This document shows, piece after piece, positions 35,427 to 40,862 of a stretch of DNA of 40,862 nucleotides. Within the stretch, counting starts at the first letter, position 1; each line of letters begins with the position of its first letter. A program made the position numbers and the translations under genes. Source of the stretch: Clostridia bacterium (lineage in GTDB: Bacteria; Bacillota; Clostridia; Peptostreptococcales; BM714). Below the pieces are notes generated by a model, which ran no database searches, was not told the DNA's origin, and saw only the letters and a list, made by a program, of their open reading frames with translations. Where the stretch lies: NCBI GenBank assembly GCA_035269385.1, contig DATFJE010000114.1, forward strand, positions 1 through 40,862, in the 5' to 3' direction.

Positions 35427-36370
35427 GATCCGTCACTCCTTGTCAGATTCCCAATTTCTCCAAGATTGTCTATATATCCCCGGCTTGCCATGAAATCATG
35501 AAATTTTTCCATCCCATTGATTTCAAGAGTATACACCATGTCTTCCCTTGTTATATATTCGCGGATTTTTTCTTCATCGATCCCATATGCTCCGGAAAGA
35601 ATCGCAGAAACCTCTTTGGGATTTTCTTTCATGAAAAAAACAGCCTCAGCCAGCGCTTCCTTGAAGGCTGCCTCCCAAACAGGCCTCTTTCTTGAAAATT
35701 CATCCATTGAAACTCCCACAACAAAAGTAAACCTTTGTCCCATAGCCTCTTTTCCTGTCAAAACAACATGAGCCTCTTCGTTTTCAAGTTCCATGAAAAG
35801 GTAGGGGGGGCTCGTAAAATGACCCGAAATATCCGCTTTTGAAAGAAGGGCGTGCATTCCGTCGGGATGGGTCATTGTGACTATCCTTTCATCGAAATAC
35901 CCCGCGTCACCGAGCTCCTTTTCCGCCTCCATTGAGAGAAGCATATGCTGTATGCTTCCGGGCTGAGGAAGAGCAATACGGTCCGATTCATCAAAATCCG
36001 ACAATTCGCGTATTCCTTCATCAAGACTCACAAGTGCAACCGGAACTTCGGACAATCCCGAAAATATCTTCCATTGCATGCCTTTGTCGGCTCCTATAAG
36101 GAATGGAGGAATCGCCATGAATCCTATGTCGAGGTCCCCGGCCACCATAGCTTCCCGTATGGACGCTGTGTTCGCCATTTGCTTCCATTCAATCTCAACT
36201 CCTTCAATCCTGTCACTCAAAAAGCCTTTGTTCTTCATTATTGTCACTGGCGCGTAGGCAAGTCCGTATTGTTCGGCAATCGCCAGGCTTTCCCTTTCAT
36301 TAGAACATCCTGAAAGCAACAGAAACAGCGCAAATGCCGCCAAAATCCCCTTCATTTTTTTTGTTTTCAC
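35423..36370 (-). CDS. NMT1/SsuA-like ABC substrate-binding lipoprotein
   Basis: Signal with lipobox LLLSGC. Periplasmic-binding fold of the nitrate/sulfonate/bicarbonate/HMP family. The start is uncertain: the track gives 36388, while the GTG at 36368-36370 has an AAAGGA SD and yields MKTKKMKGILAAF.... Confidence 0.8.
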   Translation of the reverse strand: MKTKKMKGILAAFALFLLLSGCSNERESLAIAEQYGLAYAPVTIMKNKGFLSDRIEGVEIEWKQMANTASIREAMVAGDLDIGFMAIPPFLIGADKGMQWKIFSGLSEVPVALVSLDEGIRELSDFDESDRIALPQPGSIQHMLLSMEAEKELGDAGYFDERIVTMTHPDGMHALLSKADISGHFTSPPYLFMELENEEAHVVLTGKEAMGQRFTFVVGVSMDEFSRKRPVWEAAFKEALAEAVFFMKENPKEVSAILSGAYGIDEEKIREYITREDMVYTLEINGMEKFHDFMASRGYIDNLGEIGNLTRSDGS

Positions 36371-36391
36371 AAGATCAATTCCTTTCATATT

Positions 36392-37633
36392 TTAAAGGAC
36401 CGGTCCCTTTATTATCATATTTCTGCCGTTTTCATCCAGAAATTTAAGTTTTTCAAAGACTTTTCCCACTCTTCGCTTAAGCGAATCCCTGTCGTTTCCT
36501 TTGACGAGGAAATACCCGGCTCGCTGCGTCGCGTTTTTTATGTCGCCCATCTTGTCTCCCTTTGCAAAGTGGTACCCGACCTTGAACACCCCGTCAATGC
36601 TCAGAAGCTCTTTTGGGTCAGTCTGTCTGCCAATCGTTCCGGGAGATGCGAAAAACAGCTGTGCCGAAAAATGCCCGCCCGTTTTCCATGCATCGTGCTC
36701 CATTAGCTTTTCATATGAAAGGGGTCTTTTCATTATGAAATCCGTCTGCATCTTGAGTATGTCCACCCCGGTCAACTCAGGTATGGTCATATCCTCATAC
36801 GCCCCGCCTATCCTGCATGCTATTTCGTTTACCATTATCCCTTGCTTCCCGACAAGCATCTGATAGTAGATCGGACCGTTTCTAATGCCGAAAACCCTTG
36901 TTGTAAGGTCAGTCAGTTCCCTTATTTCCTTTTCACGGCAAGCCATGTGGATTGACGGAAATTGGTGGGCGCTGCAAATGCCTATGTGAACGCCGCTGTC
37001 CATGACTATCCGGTCCGTCACTGCAAGAATCTTTACACGTCCGTCTACAACCCATCCGCTAACAGTTATCTCATCATTGGGATAATAATTTTCAATAAGA
37101 ACCTCCGACTGTCTTGAAAATCCAAGCGTTTCATTGATTCGGCTTCTTACCTCTTCCACTGTGTCCAAACGGAAAACGCCTCTTTGACCCTGGCTGTCCA
37201 ATGGTTTTATCACATAAGGCGCTTTCAGATGCGATATTTCAGATTTTTTGAAATCCCCGCCAATAAACGCATATGGGAGAGTGGAAACTCCTCCCTCTGC
37301 CATTATGGTTTTCATCCTTTTCTTGTTGGTGACGTCAAGCGCCTTACCGGAATCGAAAAAATATCTCAAACCCATGTATTCGGATACGGCGGCAGCCGTA
37401 TATACCGGCTGGTCGGTTCCGGTGGTCATTACCCCGTCAACTCCATGTTTGACGGCCGTTTCAATGCATGCCTCGACGTCGAATGTGCTCGCACTGCTTT
37501 TAAATGTGCTAAGGGCCTTTCCCGGGGCATCCTCATAGTAGTCCGCCGCCACAACTTTGATACCCATTTCGTTTTCAAGCCTTTCAATGGCATTGAGCTG
37601 GCAATGGCCGGCTCCGAGCATCAAGATTTTCAT
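36392..37633 (-). CDS. ATP-grasp domain ligase
   Basis: MKILMLGAGHCQLNAIERL... pre-ATP-grasp Rossmann region, KKRMK...PYVIKPLDSQGQRGVF...VLIENYY...E.ACRIGG core. ATGA overlap with the GT2 stop sets the start at 37631-37633; the track's 20-codon extension is unsupported. Confidence 0.85.
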   Translation of the reverse strand: MKILMLGAGHCQLNAIERLENEMGIKVVAADYYEDAPGKALSTFKSSASTFDVEACIETAVKHGVDGVMTTGTDQPVYTAAAVSEYMGLRYFFDSGKALDVTNKKRMKTIMAEGGVSTLPYAFIGGDFKKSEISHLKAPYVIKPLDSQGQRGVFRLDTVEEVRSRINETLGFSRQSEVLIENYYPNDEITVSGWVVDGRVKILAVTDRIVMDSGVHIGICSAHQFPSIHMACREKEIRELTDLTTRVFGIRNGPIYYQMLVGKQGIMVNEIACRIGGAYEDMTIPELTGVDILKMQTDFIMKRPLSYEKLMEHDAWKTGGHFSAQLFFASPGTIGRQTDPKELLSIDGVFKVGYHFAKGDKMGDIKNATQRAGYFLVKGNDRDSLKRRVGKVFEKLKFLDENGRNMIIKGPVL

Positions 37634-38391
37634 AATGAAATACCATCCTCCATTTCCAGGCTCTCTATCTCGTAAAGTTTGCCGCTTTTGCAAAAGATTT
37701 TCAAAATCCTCAAATCCGAATAGTGGATTACAAGTTTAGCGAAAATTTTAAGAAGGCTTGCCGGTGTGTAGTTCGACTGTCCATGGGCTCTTTCCTCGTG
37801 GCCTAAAGCAATCCATGCTATTTTATCGGTTCTCTTTATCAATTCAGCTGACACATATACAAATCCGGAATCTTTTTTTTTGAGTTCGGCTTTGATTCCT
37901 CCGTCGAACATTCTGCAACTGCTTATGCGTATAGGTTTTTTCGTTTTCAGTATGAAGTTGAATGCCAAAAACGTCAGCTTGGAGCCTAAACGTCTGTATC
38001 TCTTGTGGGCCGGCTTCTCAGGAACTGCAAAAACCAATTCCGCGCCCTTGTCTATTTCCGCCTTCATGAGCCCCAAAATTTCGGGCGGGTGCTGAAGGTC
38101 GTCGTCAAGAGTCGCGATTATGCCGCCTCCTGCAAATTGCATACCGCAAAATGTTGCGTTTTGCTGGCCCGAATTTTTCTTTAGCTTGATTAGTTTTATC
38201 CTGCTGTCCAAATTCCTTAGTTCCCTCATTACCCGGTAGCTGTCGTCCTTGCTTCCATCATCGACCAAAATAATTTCAACCTGTCCGAAATGCCCAATTG
38301 ACGAGTCAAAAATGCTTTCACACAGGATTTTCAACGATTTGGCCCCATTGTAGACAGGAACAACTACAGACAATTTTTCCAAAGGCTCCAT
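37630..38391 (-). CDS. GT2 glycosyltransferase, polyprenyl-phosphate sugar transferase type (ArnC/GtrB/CsbB/DPM1-like)
   Basis: LSVVVPVYNGAKSL...IILVDDGSKDDS...IKLKKNSGQQNA...ATLDDDLQHPPE and the downstream ...RAHGQSNYT block typical of this subfamily. Only 253 aa. Its ATG immediately follows the TGA of the aminotransferase. Confidence 0.8.
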   Translation of the reverse strand: MEPLEKLSVVVPVYNGAKSLKILCESIFDSSIGHFGQVEIILVDDGSKDDSYRVMRELRNLDSRIKLIKLKKNSGQQNATFCGMQFAGGGIIATLDDDLQHPPEILGLMKAEIDKGAELVFAVPEKPAHKRYRRLGSKLTFLAFNFILKTKKPIRISSCRMFDGGIKAELKKKDSGFVYVSAELIKRTDKIAWIALGHEERAHGQSNYTPASLLKIFAKLVIHYSDLRILKIFCKSGKLYEIESLEMEDGISL

Positions 38392-39552
38392 TCACTCACC
38401 CCTCGCCATTTCGTGCAAAATTTTGTCTACATTCAGAAGCACATACTCCAACTCGTCGGCGTGTAGATTTTCATAAAGTGGAAGCCTCACGAGTCCAGGC
38501 GCTTTTTCGCATGTCCTCGCGAGGTCATTGTCATCATAGCCCATGGATTTTCCCATAATAGACATGTGAAGCGGCCAATAATGAGCAAAAGCCTGGATTG
38601 AAGCCTTATCCATTTCGCTTTGAAAAAATTTTCTTCTTTCAAAAGAATCAAATACTATATAAAACAGATGGGCATTGAAAACACCAACGCCGGACGGAGC
38701 TTTTGAATACTCTTTTATGAAAGAACATGCTCTGTATTTGCCAAGAAGTTTTTCATATGCATTGAAAACATCGAGACGCTTTTTAATTATGGAATCCATT
38801 TCCTCGATTTGAGCCCCCAATAGAGCCATCAAAAGGTCGGATGGCAAATACATGGATCCCTCTTCAATCCATTGGTAATGAGTTGTTTCACCACGGATGA
38901 ACCTTGCCTTGTCCGTACCTCCGTTTCTTATGGCTTCGGCTCTTTCCGCCAGATTTTCGAAGGCCTTTCCCAAAACAAGAGCTCCGCCTTCGCCGGCCTT
39001 GAAATTTTTTGTCTCGTGGAAACTGAAGCAGCCGAAATCTCCCCATGTTCCCAAATGACGGCCCGAAGCTTGGGATCCAAAAGCCTGAGCGGCATCTTCT
39101 ATCAATAAAAGCCCTTCGCAATCAGCCATTTCCCGCAATTCCATGATGTCCTTGGAAATCCCGCCATAATGCACAGATAGTATTGCACGCGTTCTTGCAT
39201 TAACTTTTTCTCTTATCTCTTCAATTCCCGAATTCATGCCTTCTGAAGCCACATCTGCAAACACCGGTTTTGCTCCCGTCTTCAAGATGCAATTAGCTGT
39301 GGACGGATAGGTAAATGAAGGCATTACGACTTCATCCCCGGGTTTCAGTCCGGAAAGGAAGGCAGCCATTTCAAGCGCATGGGTGCCGGATGTTGCAACA
39401 AGCACCCTCGCTCCTCCCAAAATATCATGAAGCTTTTTTTCCACATTCCGAGTAAATGTTCCACCTCCGGCAATAGAACCTATTTCCAGTGCTGACATTA
39501 CAGCCTTTTTTTCTTTCGGTCCGATCACCGTTCTGTTAAAGGGAATTTTCAT
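38392..39552 (-). CDS. DegT/DnrJ/EryC1/StrS-family sugar aminotransferase, WecE-like (dTDP-4-keto-6-deoxyhexose 4-aminotransferase)
   Basis: IPFNRTVIGPKEKKAV...GGGTFTRNVEKKLHDILGGARVLVATSGTHALEMAAFL..KPGDEVVMPSFTYPSTANC is co-linear with the E. coli WecE N-terminus as I recall it. FHETKN holds the PLP lysine. GGAG SD before the ATG at 39550-39552, 17 nt inside rmlB. Confidence 0.88.
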   Translation of the reverse strand: MKIPFNRTVIGPKEKKAVMSALEIGSIAGGGTFTRNVEKKLHDILGGARVLVATSGTHALEMAAFLSGLKPGDEVVMPSFTYPSTANCILKTGAKPVFADVASEGMNSGIEEIREKVNARTRAILSVHYGGISKDIMELREMADCEGLLLIEDAAQAFGSQASGRHLGTWGDFGCFSFHETKNFKAGEGGALVLGKAFENLAERAEAIRNGGTDKARFIRGETTHYQWIEEGSMYLPSDLLMALLGAQIEEMDSIIKKRLDVFNAYEKLLGKYRACSFIKEYSKAPSGVGVFNAHLFYIVFDSFERRKFFQSEMDKASIQAFAHYWPLHMSIMGKSMGYDDNDLARTCEKAPGLVRLPLYENLHADELEYVLLNVDKILHEMARGE

Positions 39553-40549
39553 TTGATTCTCCATTCTTACTTTGTCGCGACAAGTGCCAATCGACGGTTC
39601 TTTCTATTGCGTTTTCAAAATCATACGTGGGTTTCCATCCCGTATCTTTTTTCAACTTGTCTCCCCTGATTGAGTACCTGAAATCGTGGCCCTTTCTGTC
39701 TTCCACAAAATCCAGCAGCCCTTCGTTTATTTCTTTTGCCCTTAAATCGGATACATTAAGTTTCTTAGATATTTTTCTTAAGAGTATTTTAACCAATTCT
39801 ATGTTTTCCAGTTCAAAACCGGATGAAATGTTGTAAATTTCACCTTGTTTGAAATTGTTGACAATGTCAAGCAAAGCCCCGCAATGGTCATTTACATAAA
39901 TCCATTCCCTTACCTGTCTTCCTTCTCCATAAATCGGAATTTTTTTCAAGCTCAGTGCATTTTCGATTGTTTTGGGTATAAGCTTTTCGCTATGCTGGTT
40001 CTCGCCAAAATTGTTTGCCGATCGCGTTACTACAACTGGCAATCCATGCGTGTGTTTGTATGAAAGAGCGAGAAGGTCCCCCGCCGCCTTTGACGCCGAA
40101 TACGGATTTGTCGGGTTTAGGCATGCTTTCTCTGAAAATGAACCCTCGTCAATAGGTCCGTATACTTCATCCGTCGAAATCTGCATGAACCTTTCAACAC
40201 CATACTTTACAGAGAGGTCAAGCATAACGCGAAGTCCTTCGACATTCGTTCTTATGAACTTGCTGCTTTTTTCGATGCTTCTGTCCACATGGGATTCCGC
40301 GGCGAAATTGACAACGGTGTCGGGCTTATGCCGTTCGTAAAGCTTTTCCAATATGTCTTCGCAACAAATGTCTGCACGGTAAAAAATGTGCCTTTTCGAT
40401 GATTTTATGCTTTTGAAATTTTCCATACTTCCACTGTAGGTAAGCTTGTCAACATTTATGATCAAAGCGTCTTTTTCTGTCCCATGCAAAAAGCGTACAA
40501 AATGGGAGCCCACAAAACCAGCTCCCCCTGTAATAAGATATGTCTTCAT
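39536..40549 (-). CDS. rfbB: dTDP-glucose 4,6-dehydratase
   Basis: MKTYLITGGAGFVGSHF..., catalytic STDEVYG and YSASKAA blocks, 337 aa. Confidence 0.93.
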   Translation of the reverse strand: MKTYLITGGAGFVGSHFVRFLHGTEKDALIINVDKLTYSGSMENFKSIKSSKRHIFYRADICCEDILEKLYERHKPDTVVNFAAESHVDRSIEKSSKFIRTNVEGLRVMLDLSVKYGVERFMQISTDEVYGPIDEGSFSEKACLNPTNPYSASKAAGDLLALSYKHTHGLPVVVTRSANNFGENQHSEKLIPKTIENALSLKKIPIYGEGRQVREWIYVNDHCGALLDIVNNFKQGEIYNISSGFELENIELVKILLRKISKKLNVSDLRAKEINEGLLDFVEDRKGHDFRYSIRGDKLKKDTGWKPTYDFENAIERTVDWHLSRQSKNGESNENSL

Positions 40550-40602
40550 TCAACCATCCTTTTTTTTATGTTATAATGTTTTAAATAATCTTTTGAAAGG
40601 AA

Positions 40603-40830
40603 ATGATCCTATTGAAAAAAATAGACTGTCTGGGAGACATGTGTCCAATACCTGTTCTCATGTCTCAAAAGGCCTACGATGAATCATCTCCCGGAGAATC
40701 CTTCATGCTGGTGAGCGACCACAGCTGCGTTGTTGAATCTGTGCAAGACCATTTCAAAAATAAATCCGTTTCTCTTTCCGTGGATGAAGTAATGAACGGA
40801 ATATGGGAAATTACTTTTACAATGAAATGA
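40603..40830 (+). CDS. TusA/SirA-family sulfur-carrier protein
   Basis: IDCLGDMCPIPVL carries the CPxP active-site motif of TusA-like proteins. About 72-75 aa. An alternative TTG start at 40612 has better SD spacing. TATGTTATAAT -10 lies upstream. Confidence 0.8.
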   Translation: MILLKKIDCLGDMCPIPVLMSQKAYDESSPGESFMLVSDHSCVVESVQDHFKNKSVSLSVDEVMNGIWEITFTMK

Positions 40831-40862
40831 CAAATCAGCAAAAGCTCCTCTTGCCGATTTCC

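Noticed and set aside
33913-36388. Idea that the ABC system is the missing flippase/exporter for the lipid-linked sugar
   Set aside because: It has a lipoprotein substrate-binding component and a small 6-TM BPD-type permease with a separate ATPase. That is the architecture of type-I importers, not of exporters or flippases.
1-40862. Search for CRISPR arrays, tRNA/rRNA genes, IS elements, integrases, prophage or toxin-antitoxin/defence cassettes
   Set aside because: I saw no spaced direct repeats, no cloverleaf-like or rRNA-like segments, no transposase or recombinase ORFs with terminal inverted repeats, and no small two-gene TA-like pairs. The only long repeat is the intragenic rhodanese duplication. 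The window looks like core chromosome rather than an accessory island.

Overview
This 40.9-kb window looks like ordinary chromosome from a low-GC, Gram-positive-type anaerobe. That attribution is a guess from Clostridia/Tissierellia-like gene content and strong GGAGG Shine-Dalgarno (SD) sites. I call 42 protein-coding genes and 1 decayed pseudogene. All but four genes are on the minus strand, packed into operons with many ATGA/TAATG start-stop overlaps and separated by clear hairpin plus T-run terminators. I saw no rRNA, tRNA, CRISPR array, transposase, integrase or phage gene.

Content from left to right:
- MBL-fold hydrolase (partial)
- BaiN-like flavoprotein / PduO adenosyltransferase / nitroreductase / mgsA string
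- NhaC antiporter remnant
- Parvulin PPIase and an orphan protein
- DUF2157-DUF4401 / GDYXXLXY membrane pair
- Sigma-54-dependent operon (two aminotransferases plus a YkvI-type transporter) with its divergent PAS-AAA+ activator and a near-consensus -24/-12 promoter
- XRE-cupin regulator and DmpA-type peptidase
- Polar amino-acid ABC importer
- LysR-flanked gnd-zwf-cyclase-cupin operon
- TVP38 protein
- feoA-feoB-Cys-rich-hydrolase operon behind a perfect Fur box
- DAK2::DegV fusion plus DUF1295
- Two exported rhodanese lipoproteins, one carrying an 819-bp internal tandem duplication

The most interesting locus is 32.3-40.5 kb. It encodes rmlB, a WecE-like aminotransferase, a polyprenyl-phosphate-type GT2, an ATP-grasp ligase and a NitT/TauT-family ABC importer in one operon, with a convergent ArnT/PMT-like GT-C transferase. 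I read it as an Arn/Gtr-like lipid-carrier surface glycosylation system for an unusually N-modified 4-amino-4,6-dideoxyhexose. A TusA-like gene closes the window.

All family assignments rest on my reading of the translated ORFs. No database search was run.
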